64,000 nt of DNA from an uncultured Chloroflexia bacterium (GCA_963829295.1 CAWHHU010000003.1:242447-306446), one strand, 5' to 3'; counted from the first letter of the stretch, positions 1-10,369 are shown. Program-made: numbers and translations. The notes: generated by a model from the letters alone, not told the origin.

Positions 1-2
1 TG

Positions 3-377
3 GTCGCCTACTTCTGGGCTCCGGACGGGCGCACGATCGCCGCCATTCGGATCGTGCCCGCCGGGGGCCCGACCGCGGCCCTCACCCCGATGACCGCGGC
101 CACCGCGACGGAGCTGGAGCTGACGCTGGTAGACGTGGCCACCGGCAAGCCCGTGCTGGCATCGTCGATCCACCTGCCGGACCTCATCCTGTCTCAGTTC
201 CTTCCCTTCTTCGACCAGTACGCGCACAGCCATCGGGTGTGGGCGCCGGCCGGCGATGCGCTCGTCCTTCCGCTGGTGAACAACGCCGGCTCGTCCGAGA
301 TCACGGTCATCCCGCTCGATGGCTCGGCGCCGCGCGTGATCGCGGACGGCGTGGCCGCGTTCTGGAGTCCCAGGTAG
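3..377 (+). CDS. TolB/PD40-like beta-propeller protein, C-terminal part (runs off window start)
   Basis: Open frame from position 3 with repeated WAPDG/WAPAG/WSP blade motifs, ending FWSPR-stop. Confidence 0.6.
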   Translation, partial: VAYFWAPDGRTIAAIRIVPAGGPTAALTPMTAATATELELTLVDVATGKPVLASSIHLPDLILSQFLPFFDQYAHSHRVWAPAGDALVLPLVNNAGSSEITVIPLDGSAPRVIADGVAAFWSPR

Positions 378-457
378 CCGGGCCATTGCCCGGGGCGCGA
401 TGATGGTCCGGCTGGCCACCGCGCGCGCGGGCGGCTCCGGACCGGAAGGGGACCGTG

Positions 458-1159
458 ATGGACATCGCACTCGTTCATGGCGCATACCACGGGGCGTGGT
501 GCTGGGAACTCCTTCGGCCCGAGCTCGAGCGGCTGGGCCATCGGGCGATTGCCATGGACCTGCCGATCTCCGATCCCTCGCTCGGTGCGGCGGACTACGC
601 GATCACCGTCGAGGGGGCGCTCGACGCCATCCCGAACCCTGCCGGCGAGCTCGTGCTCGTGGGCCATTCGATGGGTGGGCTCGTCGTCCCCCTGGTGGCA
701 GCGCGGAGGCCCCTTCACCGCCTGATATTCCTGGCGGCGTTCCTCCCGGCGCCGGGCAGGAGCGCCAACCAGCAGCGCGAGGAGGAAGCCATCGATGCGC
801 GCGTAGAGCCGACCAGCAGCGAGTTCACGGACCTCGGGGAGGACGTCTGGATGGTCGGCCCGCGGACCGCCAAGGAGATCTTCTATCACGACGTTCGGCC
901 CAGGATCGCGCGCTGGGCGACGGACCGGCTGCGCGCGCAGTGCTACCGGACGATGAGCGAGATCACGCCGCTCGAGGCATGGCCGGACGTCGAATGCAGG
1001 TCCATCGTGTGCGCCGACGACCATACGATTGACCCCGGCTGGGTCCGGGCGGCGGCCCGCAAGCGCCTGGGCGTCAAGGCGGTGGAGTTGCCGGGCGGCC
1101 ATTCGCCGTTTCTCAGCCGTCCGGCCGAGCTGGCGCGGTCGATCAACGCCATGCTCTGA
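458..1159 (+). CDS. alpha/beta hydrolase (Abhydrolase_6, esterase-like)
   Basis: LVHGAYHGAWCW, GHSMGG nucleophile elbow, GGHSPF His motif. Confidence 0.9.
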   Translation: MDIALVHGAYHGAWCWELLRPELERLGHRAIAMDLPISDPSLGAADYAITVEGALDAIPNPAGELVLVGHSMGGLVVPLVAARRPLHRLIFLAAFLPAPGRSANQQREEEAIDARVEPTSSEFTDLGEDVWMVGPRTAKEIFYHDVRPRIARWATDRLRAQCYRTMSEITPLEAWPDVECRSIVCADDHTIDPGWVRAAARKRLGVKAVELPGGHSPFLSRPAELARSINAML

Positions 1160-1197
1160 GCGTGCTCAGGCAGCGGGAGCGTCAGCCGGCGGATGCG

Positions 1198-2124
1198 TCA
1201 GGCAGCGGGATCGTCGGCAGCGGCGGGCTGCAGGACCGCTGACCGGAGGGGGCCGGCCGGCTCCGGCTGGGGCAATGACCGACGCGTGGCGAGCGTCGAG
1301 CCCAGGATGACCAGCACGAAGCCGGCCCCCATCGCGATCGTCAGCGTCTCGCTCAGGACCAGCACGCCCAGGATCGCGGCGATCGCCGGGTTGATATAGG
1401 TGATGACCGTCGCCCGCACCGGGCCGATCTCGACGATCAACGCGGCGAACAGCAGGAACGCGGCCGCGGTGCACACCACGCCCAGGATGAGGACCGACCA
1501 CAGCACGTTGGTGCTGGGCATGGACGTGGGCCAGGTGAGTGCGGCGAGAGGGATGTAGACGAGGGCGGACAGCGCCAGCGAGACGGACATCACGCCGAGC
1601 GCCGGGAGGCCCGCCAGCCGGCGGGCCAGGATCAACGGCCCGAGGGCGTAGCCCACGACCACGACGCCAACCTCCACCAGGGCGACCGCGTTCGAGGCCT
1701 GGAAGTCTCCACCCACGATCGCGGCGACCCCGGCCAGCCCGATGAGCAGCCCGACGGCCCCCTTGCCCGACATCCGGTCGGTGCTGTGGGTCAGGATCGC
1801 GAGCAGCGCACCCACCAGCGGCACGCCCGCGACCAGCAGCCCCGCGAGGGAGCTCGAGATCTGCTGCTCCGCGGAGGCCAGGAACACCCACGGGATGGCG
1901 ATCTCCACGGCGGCGAAGGCGACCACCCATCGCCATCGCTCCAGCACGGCACGCAGGTCGACGCGGAGGAGCGCGATCGGCAGCAGGATCAGGGTGGCGA
2001 CCCCGGTCCGCACGAAGACGAACGTCGCCGGCTCGAGCTCGCCGACCGCGACCCGGATGAACAGGTAGGGGATGCCCCAGATGACGGACATCGAGCCGAA
2101 CAGCAGCAGGCCTCGCCGGCTCAC
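1198..2124 (-). CDS. DMT/EamA family transporter
   Basis: About 10 TM segments, IWGIPYLFIR, YINPAIAAILGVLVLSE; GTG start after GAGG. Confidence 0.9.
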   Translation of the reverse strand: MSRRGLLLFGSMSVIWGIPYLFIRVAVGELEPATFVFVRTGVATLILLPIALLRVDLRAVLERWRWVVAFAAVEIAIPWVFLASAEQQISSSLAGLLVAGVPLVGALLAILTHSTDRMSGKGAVGLLIGLAGVAAIVGGDFQASNAVALVEVGVVVVGYALGPLILARRLAGLPALGVMSVSLALSALVYIPLAALTWPTSMPSTNVLWSVLILGVVCTAAAFLLFAALIVEIGPVRATVITYINPAIAAILGVLVLSETLTIAMGAGFVLVILGSTLATRRSLPQPEPAGPLRSAVLQPAAADDPAA

Positions 2125-2299
2125 CGTGCCGCCTCGGATCCGGGGGTCCTCGATGCTCCAGTCACGGCGGCGATCTTCGCAGAGTTGGCGACCGCGCGCT
2201 CCGTCGAGCCTGACCGCCGCTGACCTGCGGGCCCCGAGGTGTGACCGAGCCGGTATGGTTGCAGCCCAGGATGACCACCCAGCCGCCGCCCGTGATCGC

Positions 2300-2704
2300 A
2301 TGACCATCCGGCCGTTCCGTGCAGACGACGGCGAGGCGCTCCGGAAGATGTGGGGGGCCGTGGGCTTCCGCCTCCTGGGCGACGACGATGCCGGTCTCGC
2401 CCGGTTCGCGGGCCGCAATCCGGGTCTGTTCCTGGTCGTGGAGGATGCGGGTGCGATCGTGGGATCCGCGATGGGCGCCTGGGACGGGCGACGGGGCTGG
2501 CTGTATCACGTCGTGGTCGATCCCGGTCACCGCCGGCAGGGCCTCGCCTCGACGCTGGCCGAGCGGCTGGAGGCGGGCCTCCGAAGCGTGGGCTGTCAGC
2601 GGGTGCTGGTGATGGTCGAAGCCGACAACCCAGACGGGCTGGCGTTCTGGATCGCGCGCGGATACGAGCCGCGTGGCACCCACCAGCTGGGCAAGAACCT
2701 GTGA
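2300..2704 (+). CDS. GNAT family acetyltransferase (YpeA-like)
   Basis: WDGRRGWLYHVVVDPGHRRQGLA acetyl-CoA motif A. Confidence 0.88.
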   Translation: MTIRPFRADDGEALRKMWGAVGFRLLGDDDAGLARFAGRNPGLFLVVEDAGAIVGSAMGAWDGRRGWLYHVVVDPGHRRQGLASTLAERLEAGLRSVGCQRVLVMVEADNPDGLAFWIARGYEPRGTHQLGKNL

Positions 2705-2800
2705 CCCCGGACCGATCTCGCCGGGGGTCGCCAACACCACGCCGCGAGCCTCCGGCTCGCGATCTGTGCCGGCGCATCGAGCTGGCCGCACAATGGGGCC

Positions 2801-3256
2801 ATGTCGAACGAGCCGGCCCCGGCGGGCTACGATCTCGATCGGTTCGTCAGGGCCCAGGAGCACGCGTACGAGGGCGCGCTCGCCGAGCTCGGTCGCGGCC
2901 GCAAGACCGGGCACTGGATCTGGTTCGTGTTTCCGCAGGTGGCGGGTCTCGGCCACAGCGAGATGTCCCGGTTCTACGCGCTCGCGTCGCTGGGCGAGGC
3001 GCGAGCGTACGTCGCGCACCCGGTGCTCGGCGCCCGGCTGCGGGAGTGCGCCGCTGCGTTGCTCGGCGCCCACGGCCGCCAGGCCGAGGAGATCCTGGGG
3101 CCGGTCGATGCGATGAAGGTCCGCTCGAGCATGACGCTGTTCCACCGGGCGGCGCCTGCCGAGGGGCTGTTCTCGGACGTGCTGGACCGGTTCTACGGCG
3201 GCGTGACCAATTCGGCCACCGACGAGCGCCTGGGCTCGCCGGTCGACCGTTCGTAG
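2801..3256 (+). CDS. DUF1810 family protein
   Basis: LDRFVRAQ, GRKTGHWIWFVFPQ, HPVLGARL, KVRSSMTLF signature. Confidence 0.9.
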   Translation: MSNEPAPAGYDLDRFVRAQEHAYEGALAELGRGRKTGHWIWFVFPQVAGLGHSEMSRFYALASLGEARAYVAHPVLGARLRECAAALLGAHGRQAEEILGPVDAMKVRSSMTLFHRAAPAEGLFSDVLDRFYGGVTNSATDERLGSPVDRS

Positions 3257-3277
3257 CTGAATCAGCGGGAGGCGAAC

Positions 3278-3664
3278 GTGGCGGACTTCGAGCGAACGAC
3301 CACCGTGGGCGTCGGCGCAGATGCGGCATTCGCGTTCCTCTCGGACCCTGCTCGTGTGTCGGACTACGTGTCGACCATGGCCCTGGAGGATTCGACCGCG
3401 GTCGACGGCGACCCGACCGTTGCGACCGAGGGGTACGAGGCGGTCGCTGAGGCCCGATACCTGGCGGACGCCTCGACACGTCGGATCGAGTGGGGCCTCC
3501 CGGGTGAGGCCTACGAAGGGTCGATGACGGTCAGTCCCGGGACGGCCAGCACCTCGCAGGTCACCATCCGGCTCCATCTCCGTGATGACGCGGACGCGGC
3601 CGCCGTGGATCGCGTCCTGGACCAGTCGATCCGCAGCCTGCAGCGTCTGCTGTCGGGTCGCTGA
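3278..3664 (+). CDS. SRPBCC (START-like) family protein
   Basis: AFAFLSDPARVSDY N-terminus, IEW strand, C-terminal amphipathic helix; GGAGG RBS. Confidence 0.65.
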   Translation: MADFERTTTVGVGADAAFAFLSDPARVSDYVSTMALEDSTAVDGDPTVATEGYEAVAEARYLADASTRRIEWGLPGEAYEGSMTVSPGTASTSQVTIRLHLRDDADAAAVDRVLDQSIRSLQRLLSGR

Positions 3665-3727
3665 TCGGGTTGCTCGATCGACGATCCCGCGACGGGGTGC
3701 CCACCGGTCGTTCCGGCGAACCCGCGG

Positions 3728-4024
3728 CTACTGCCCCAGCAGGGCTACCAGCTGCCGGTGGGCGGAGCCGGCCTGGATGACCAGGTCGGCTCGTGCCGCG
3801 TCGTCGAGGGGTGTCGACGCGTCGACCGCGGCCACCGCCTGGAGCACCTTGTCGGCGTCACGCAGTGCGGCCAGGTAGGGCTCGGCAGCCTGGATCTCGA
3901 TCGACACGATCGTCGGCGCGAGCGCACGGCGTAGCTGCGGACGGAGCGTCGACAGGGCCGCTTGCCCCGCGATCGTGCGCGGTATCGCCTCGCGCTCCGG
4001 CGCCCTCGGGTCACGCTCTGCCAT
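3728..4024 (-). CDS. hypothetical helical protein (98 aa)
   Basis: GAGGTG RBS before ATG, protein-like composition, fills an intergenic gap. Confidence 0.55.
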   Translation of the reverse strand: MAERDPRAPEREAIPRTIAGQAALSTLRPQLRRALAPTIVSIEIQAAEPYLAALRDADKVLQAVAAVDASTPLDDAARADLVIQAGSAHRQLVALLGQ

Positions 4025-4347
4025 CGGATCACCTCGTCGGCTTGTGGGTCGGGATATCGGCTCAGGGCTCCCAGTATCCGCCCGAGGGCCAACGCTTCGA
4101 CCGACCCGGGCCTCGTGACTGACTGTCGGCACGGGGTCTCGATGTCGCCGGTGCGCGGACCATCGGGACGCGTCGATCACCTGGCGGCCGGGCCCGTGCA
4201 GACGACCGGCACCACGCGACGAGGCACCTGCGATGGGTTTGCCGCCACGCCTCGGGCGCTGTGGACGGAGGGCGCGTACCATGCAGCAGGCGCCATCGGG
4301 TCGAGGGTTCAGATCCTGGCGCGGCAGCAGCATGAGGCAGCCGTCCC

Positions 4348-4992
4348 GTGATCTCCCCGGTTCGGCCCACGGCGGCCGACGGACCCCTGCTGCTGGCCGA
4401 CATCGGCGGCTACACATCATTCCTTCAGGCCGTGGCCGTGGCGCACGTGAACGACGCGTTTGCCGACGGCGCGATCCCCGACGCGTACGCCGTCATGTCC
4501 AGCCTGCTGAACGGGATCGTCGAGCACCTGTCGCCACCGTTCACGCTCTCGAAGATCGAGGGCGATGCCGTGTTCGCCTACGCCACCAACGATGCGGCGG
4601 TGCCTCGTGGGGTGGATCTGCGGGCCTGCATCGATGACTGCTATACGTCGTTTCGGGCGCGGCTCGCGACGGTGCACGGGGTGTGGACATGCACCTGCGA
4701 CGCATGCCTCCGGATCGACACGCTCGACCTGAAGTTCATCGTCCATGCCGGCCCGTTCGTGGTCCAGGAGATCGCCGGCCAGCCGGAGCTGATCGGGCCC
4801 GATGTCGTGATCGCCCACCGGCTGCTCAAGACCGAGGCAGCGACGGTCGTGGGCCATGGCGGCTATGTGCTGGTGACGGCGGCCGCGGTGGCCCGGCTCG
4901 GGATGCCCACCGACGGGGCCCTGCCGATGCAGGTCGAGTACGAGCACTACCAACCCATCGACACCCTGGTGTTCCCGCTCCGGGCTGCCTGA
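4348..4992 (+). CDS. DUF2652 family, class III nucleotide-cyclase-like fold protein
   Basis: LLADIGGYT, KIEGDAVF, CTCDAC, LKFIVHAG, GPDVVIAHRLLK. Confidence 0.8.
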   Translation: MISPVRPTAADGPLLLADIGGYTSFLQAVAVAHVNDAFADGAIPDAYAVMSSLLNGIVEHLSPPFTLSKIEGDAVFAYATNDAAVPRGVDLRACIDDCYTSFRARLATVHGVWTCTCDACLRIDTLDLKFIVHAGPFVVQEIAGQPELIGPDVVIAHRLLKTEAATVVGHGGYVLVTAAAVARLGMPTDGALPMQVEYEHYQPIDTLVFPLRAA

Positions 4993-5044
4993 ACCGCGGT
5001 GACGTAGCCGGCGGCGCGCGGGCCAACGTCGCTACGATGGGTCC

Positions 5045-7117
5045 ATGCCCGGATTGACGTATCCCACGGCCCCGACCGCCGATCAGGTCGACGACTATCA
5101 CGGCACCCGCATCGCCGATCCCTATCGAACGCTCGAGGACAGCGATGCGCCGGCGAGCCGGGCCTGGATCGCCGCCGAGAACGATCTGACGAACCAGGTG
5201 CTCAGCCGCCTCCCGGCGCGACAGGCGATCCGCGATCGGCTGACCGAGCTCTGGGACCATCCGCGAGTGGGTGCCCCCTGGCGCCGAGGAAGCCGATGGT
5301 TCCAGCTCCGCAACTCGGGTCTCCAGGATCAGGACGTTCTGTGGACCGCGGACAGCGCGGAGGCCGAGGGCCGGGTGCTCGTGGATCCCAACGGCCTAAG
5401 CGACACCGGCATCACGACGCTGGCCGCCGCCGACGTCTCCGAGAGCGGTGAGCTCGTGGCATGCGCCACCAGCGACGCCGGCTCGGACTGGCGGATGTGG
5501 ACCGTGCGCCGGGTGGCGGACGGCGGCGAGCTGCCGGACCGGGTGACCTGGAGCAAGTCCGAGTCGGCCGCCTGGACCGAGGACGATGCGGGCTTCTTCT
5601 ACGGCCGGTTTCCGGAGCCGCCCGTCGACGCCACCTACGACGCCCCCAACCGCGACATGCAGCTTCGCTACCACCGGCTGGGCACGGATCAGGCGGACGA
5701 TCCACTGGTGTTCGCCGCCCCGGACGAGCCCGAGCTGTTCTTCGAGCCCGAGGTGTCCGACCGGGGCCGTCTGCTCGTGCTCACGGTCCAGCGGGGCACG
5801 GACCCCGAGAACCGGATCCACGTCGCGGACCTCGCGCATGGCGCGGACGGGGCCGTGGTGCGCCCGTTGCTCGATGCCGCGGATGCCAGCTTCCGGGTCA
5901 TCGACGCGATCGAAGGCACGCTGTATCTGCTGACCAACCTCGCGGCCCCGCTCAGCCGGGTGATCGCCGTCGACGTCGCGGATCCTGGCCATCCCCGGGA
6001 GATCATCCCCGAGGGGGAGGACACCCTGGAGCACGTAAGCCTCGTTGGTGACCGGCTGGCGGCCCTCTATCTCCACCACGCCCACCACCGGCTGGCGATC
6101 TTCGAGGTCGACGGGCGCTTTGTCACGGACGTTGCCCTGCCGGGGATCGGGATGGTCACCGACCTCGCGGGCCGGCGCGAGGACGGGGAGCTGTTCCTCG
6201 CCTTCGAGAGCTTCCGGGCACCCGCGATCGTCCTTGCCGTCACGATGGCCGACGGCACCGTGCGCGAGGTCCAGCGACCGTCGCTCGCCTGGGATCCGGA
6301 CGACTTCGAGACCGAGCAGGTGTTCGTGGGCTCCGGGGACGGCACGCAGGTACCGCTGTTCCTCAGCCGCCGGCGCGACGTGTCACCCACGGGCGACGTT
6401 CCTACGCTGCTCTACGGGTATGGCGGCTTCCAGATCCCGATCGGCCCGACGTTCAAGCCTGAGTGGCTCGCCTGGATGGAGCGCGGCGGACTGCTGGCGG
6501 TGGCATCGCTGCGTGGAGGAGGGGAGTACGGCCAGGCCTGGCACGACGACGGTCGGCTGGCCAACAAGCAGCACGTGTTCGATGACTTCGCCGCCTGCGC
6601 CCGATGGCTGGCGGCCTCGGGCTGGACACGGGCCGCCCGGATCGGGATCACCGGCCGCTCGAACGGCGGCCTGCTGGTGGGGGCCAGCCTCACCCAGCAC
6701 CCCGAGCTGTTCGGTGGGGCGGTCCCCGAGGTGGGCGTCATGGACATGCTGCGCTTCCACCGGTTCACGATCGGCTGGGCCTGGACGAGCGACTACGGGT
6801 CTGCCGACGACCCCGAGCAGCTCGGCTGGCTGCTCGGATACTCCCCGCTCCACAACATCCGGCCGGGCGTGGCCTACCCGCCGACGCTGGTCACGACCGG
6901 TGACCACGACGACCGCGTCGTGCCGGGTCACTCGCTCAAGTTCGCGGCGGCCCTCCAGGCAGCGCAGGCGGGCGACGCTCCGATCCTGGCCCGGATCGAC
7001 ACCGATGCGGGACACGGCGCCGGCAAGCCGGTGAGCAAGCTGATCGACGAACGGGCGGACGTGCTCGCGTTCCTGGAGATGGCGCTCGCGCCTGAAGGCG
7101 GCGGCTCCGCCCGGTAG
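5045..7117 (+). CDS. prolyl oligopeptidase (S9A)
   Basis: DPYRTLED, YGYGGF, RGGGEYG, GRSNGG, DHDDRV, AGHG. Confidence 0.96.
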   Translation: MPGLTYPTAPTADQVDDYHGTRIADPYRTLEDSDAPASRAWIAAENDLTNQVLSRLPARQAIRDRLTELWDHPRVGAPWRRGSRWFQLRNSGLQDQDVLWTADSAEAEGRVLVDPNGLSDTGITTLAAADVSESGELVACATSDAGSDWRMWTVRRVADGGELPDRVTWSKSESAAWTEDDAGFFYGRFPEPPVDATYDAPNRDMQLRYHRLGTDQADDPLVFAAPDEPELFFEPEVSDRGRLLVLTVQRGTDPENRIHVADLAHGADGAVVRPLLDAADASFRVIDAIEGTLYLLTNLAAPLSRVIAVDVADPGHPREIIPEGEDTLEHVSLVGDRLAALYLHHAHHRLAIFEVDGRFVTDVALPGIGMVTDLAGRREDGELFLAFESFRAPAIVLAVTMADGTVREVQRPSLAWDPDDFETEQVFVGSGDGTQVPLFLSRRRDVSPTGDVPTLLYGYGGFQIPIGPTFKPEWLAWMERGGLLAVASLRGGGEYGQAWHDDGRLANKQHVFDDFAACARWLAASGWTRAARIGITGRSNGGLLVGASLTQHPELFGGAVPEVGVMDMLRFHRFTIGWAWTSDYGSADDPEQLGWLLGYSPLHNIRPGVAYPPTLVTTGDHDDRVVPGHSLKFAAALQAAQAGDAPILARIDTDAGHGAGKPVSKLIDERADVLAFLEMALAPEGGGSAR

Positions 7118-7172
7118 CCGTGGCCCGCTGCCGGCACCGCCCGTCAGCCAGGCACGCGGGGACCACGGTCGG

Positions 7173-7712
7173 TCAGGGGGTGATGGACAGCCGGATCGTC
7201 GCTCGCAGCTCCGCCGGCCCACCCGAGCAGTCGGAGCTCTCGCTGAACTCCGCGAGCGCCGTGACGTCCCATACGCCCTCGGGCAGGTGGGTCTCCGGGT
7301 CGCTGAAGAAGCCGCGATAGAACGCGGCGTCGGGTTGATCGTCGCTCCAGCCGCCGGACTTCGTGATCGCGCTCACGATCGGAGCGGCAACCGACAACGG
7401 GTGCAGCGCGCAGTCCGCCGTCCAGGCTGGTCCCATCTGCCGGTCGCCTCCGACCTCCGTGAAGCCGAACCCGATTGGACCGGCGCCCGAGCCCGACAGC
7501 ACCACCCTTTCACCACTGGTCAGGGCCAGCGTCGCCGTGCCGCTGATCGCATCCGACGCCGCCCATGTCGCGCGTGGCATGGTGAACGTCAGCCGGTACG
7601 GACCGTCCACCGCCGTCGCCGTCACGGGAGCCGACGACGGCTCCGTGCCTCCGCCACAGGCCGCGAAGCCGAGGGCGACCACCAGGACAGGCAGGATCAG
7701 CCGTCGCCGCAT
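7173..7712 (-). CDS. putative lipoprotein
   Basis: Basic N-terminus, hydrophobic core, FAAC lipobox. Confidence 0.65.
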   Translation of the reverse strand: MRRRLILPVLVVALGFAACGGGTEPSSAPVTATAVDGPYRLTFTMPRATWAASDAISGTATLALTSGERVVLSGSGAGPIGFGFTEVGGDRQMGPAWTADCALHPLSVAAPIVSAITKSGGWSDDQPDAAFYRGFFSDPETHLPEGVWDVTALAEFSESSDCSGGPAELRATIRLSITP

Positions 7713-7742
7713 CGTGATCCGTCGTTCGTCGTGGCGCGCCGA

Positions 7743-8462
7743 TCAGGCGTCCTGGCCCATGCTCCAGATCGTCCAGTACTGGGTTCGCAGCCGGCGCGGC
7801 TGCTCGAGGACGGTTCGGATCGCGAACGCGATGTCCTCGGGCCGCAGAAACGTCTCCAGCTCCGGCATCCCCTCGTATCGACCGGTGCCCATCGCAAACT
7901 CCGTCGTCGTCCCGGCCGGGCCGATGGTGGTGACCCGGATCCCCTTGTCACGCAGCTCGCGGTCGAGGGCTCCCGCAAGCCCCACCTGGGCGAACTTGGT
8001 GGCGGCGTAGACCGCCTCGTCGGCATTGCCCCGGAACCCGGCCACGGATGCCACGATCACGATGTCGCCCGCGCCTGTCTCCAGCATGTGCGGGACGGCC
8101 GCCCGGATCGGCCACACCGTGCCCGCCACGTTCGTGTCCATCATCGTCTCGAGGGCCTCGTCGGTGTGATCGAGGATCCCGCCATACATCCCGATGCCTG
8201 CGTTGGCCACGAGCGCATCCAGCCGCCCGAACCGCTCCAGCGCCGTCGCCACCAGGCGGCGTCCGTTCTGGGGTGAGCGCACGTCCATGTCCACCGCGAT
8301 CGCCCGGCCAGGGTGCTCTTGCTCCATCGCAACGAGCCGCTCCCTGCGCCGCGCACCCAGCACGACGCGGGCCCCGGCCCCGATCAGCTCCTTCGCCGTG
8401 GCACGGCCGATGCCGGCGCTCGCGCCGGTGATGACGACCACGTGATCCTGCAGCGACTCCAT
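7743..8462 (-). CDS. short-chain dehydrogenase/reductase (SDR)
   Basis: TGASAGIG, NAG, YAATK. Confidence 0.95.
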   Translation of the reverse strand: MESLQDHVVVITGASAGIGRATAKELIGAGARVVLGARRRERLVAMEQEHPGRAIAVDMDVRSPQNGRRLVATALERFGRLDALVANAGIGMYGGILDHTDEALETMMDTNVAGTVWPIRAAVPHMLETGAGDIVIVASVAGFRGNADEAVYAATKFAQVGLAGALDRELRDKGIRVTTIGPAGTTTEFAMGTGRYEGMPELETFLRPEDIAFAIRTVLEQPRRLRTQYWTIWSMGQDA

Positions 8463-8691
8463 CGAACCACTTCCTAGACGAGGGCATCCGTCGGTCGGCG
8501 GTCATGTGCCCACCGACCATTGTGCCCTGCGTGCGTCGTCCTCGGGAGGACCCACCGCAGACGAGCACGGCCAGAACGTCTGGGCGCTGGCCCGTGGTCC
8601 GATGGAGCCACCGCAGGGCGGGGAGTGGTGCCGCGCCGCACGGTGGGCCGTGCCACGCCGGACGGTGAGCGGTGCCACGCCGGGCAGCTGG

Positions 8692-9402
8692 CTAGCCGAT
8701 CAGGCGCGCTGCGATCCCCTCGATGACGATGCCCAGGCCCACCTCGAACTGCTCGGTCGGGACGCGCTCGCCCACGACCGGGGCCACCGCACCCACCGCG
8801 GGCAACATGGCCGGATCGAGCGAGCGCAGGTAGAGGATGCCCTGGCGCTGCGCCTCGACAAACGCGGGCGTCCGGCTCGCGGTCGCGATGTAGCCGAGCA
8901 GGAACAGGTACAGGGACTGGTACGCATCAAACGCGTCCTTGGGCTTCAGGCCCGTCCCGAGCAGGATCGAGAGCAGGCGCTCGAACAGCGCGATCCCGGC
9001 CCGCCCATATCGTGCCCGACCGGTCATCAACTCGGCCGTGTTGGGGTGGCGCAGGACGGCGTCGAGCATCGCGCGGTGGACGGCACGCAGCTGCTCGCGC
9101 CAGTCGCCTTCAGCCGGCGGGATCTCGATGCTCTCCAGCACGGCCTCACCGATCAGGTCGAGCAGCTCCGACTTGTCGCGCAGGTGCCAGTAGACGGACA
9201 TCGGCGCCGTGCCGAGCTCGGCCGCCAGACGACGGATCGACAGCCCATCGACGCCCTCGGCATCGACGATGCCCAGGGCTGCCCCGATGATCCGCGCCCG
9301 GTCGAGCGGGGCCCGCGGCGTCCGCCGCCGGCCCTCGTGGAGTGGCTTGACCCAGGGTGGCGGAGGGAGCCGCTCGGCCTCGGGTCGCCTGTCATTCGGC
9401 AT
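8692..9402 (-). CDS. TetR family regulator with TetR_C-type C-terminal domain
   Basis: LSIRRLAAELGTAPMSVYWH HTH; FEVGL C-terminal motif. Confidence 0.92.
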   Translation of the reverse strand: MPNDRRPEAERLPPPPWVKPLHEGRRRTPRAPLDRARIIGAALGIVDAEGVDGLSIRRLAAELGTAPMSVYWHLRDKSELLDLIGEAVLESIEIPPAEGDWREQLRAVHRAMLDAVLRHPNTAELMTGRARYGRAGIALFERLLSILLGTGLKPKDAFDAYQSLYLFLLGYIATASRTPAFVEAQRQGILYLRSLDPAMLPAVGAVAPVVGERVPTEQFEVGLGIVIEGIAARLIG

Positions 9403-9444
9403 GTCGGTCTGCTCCGAATCGGGACGTTCGTCACTTCTAAGGCG

Positions 9445-9476
9445 TACGTCGTATGGGCATTATACGTCGTACGACG
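9445..9476. promoter_or_regulatory. tandem TetR operator-like palindromes
   Basis: TACGTCGTA at 9445-9453 and 9463-9471, plus perfect palindrome CGTCGTACGACG at 9465-9476, in the divergent tetR intergenic region. Confidence 0.6.
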
Positions 9477-9503
9477 AAGGAAGACAGAAGCGAGGACTGC
9501 GTG

Positions 9504-9926
9504 ATGACGGTGTCGACCCGGCCGGGGGCAGGTTCGGGAGCGATTGGGACGAGTGGTGCGGCGCGAAGGAGGAATCCGGTGGAGCAGGTGATCACGGGGA
9601 TCGTGAACGGCGTCGTCGTGCCGGTGACAGGCGTCATCCCGGCGCTCGCATCGAGCGGGATTCTGTTGCTGGCGTTCGGCGCACTGTGGGTTGCCTTCGG
9701 CGCGGGGCTGGTCTTGAACGAGGGTGGTGTCGACACGGTCTGGCATTGGATCGGGAGCCAGAACATCATCGTCCAGGGGATCGCCTGGCTGCTGTTCCTG
9801 CCCGTCGTCGCCGGGCTCTGGGTGTGGGAGTCGAGCTGGCCGCTCTTCGCGCGCCTGGTCGTCGTCGCGAGCCTCGCCGGCTGGAACCTCCTGGTGTTCG
9901 TACCGGGCGGGACCCCGAAGGGATAG
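9504..9926 (+). CDS. small integral membrane protein
   Basis: 3-4 Trp-rich hydrophobic segments; GAGGA RBS; divergent from tetR. Confidence 0.7.
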   Translation: MTVSTRPGAGSGAIGTSGAARRRNPVEQVITGIVNGVVVPVTGVIPALASSGILLLAFGALWVAFGAGLVLNEGGVDTVWHWIGSQNIIVQGIAWLLFLPVVAGLWVWESSWPLFARLVVVASLAGWNLLVFVPGGTPKG

Positions 9927-9957
9927 CGCTGGACTTGCGCTGGCGGGGGCGGGCTCC

Positions 9958-10149
9958 TCAGGAGCGCGAGATGAGGCCGCGTTCACGGAGGACGATCGCC
10001 CCAGCCAGGGCGAGGAGGATCAGCCCGGCGACGGCCCAGAAGCTGCTGCCCGTCATCGCGCTGCCACCGATCAGGCCGATCCCCTGACCGAGCCAGACCG
10101 CCCCGACCAGGGCGAGGATGATCGCGACGATGAGCCGTGAGGGACGCAC
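9958..10149 (-). CDS. small two-TM membrane protein
   Basis: AAGGAG RBS then GTG; GAVWLGQGIG...GSAMTGSSFW motif. Confidence 0.7.
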   Translation of the reverse strand: MRPSRLIVAIILALVGAVWLGQGIGLIGGSAMTGSSFWAVAGLILLALAGAIVLRERGLISRS

Positions 10150-10369
10150 GTTGATCTCCTTGCGGGACGGTGGACAGGGCAGAGTCGGCGAGAGGCTCCT
10201 CATCGAGCGGCTCTCCTCATCACGATACGAGCGTGCGGCCGCGCCAGTTTTCGCGCCCGGGGATCGCCGTGGTGTCTCGCGCGTCAGGACCGAGCGGCGA
10301 ACGCGGGCGCCATCGTCCCGTATCGGGCATGCTGCGCGGGCCAGCGTCCTACCGAGAGGTGCATCGTCC

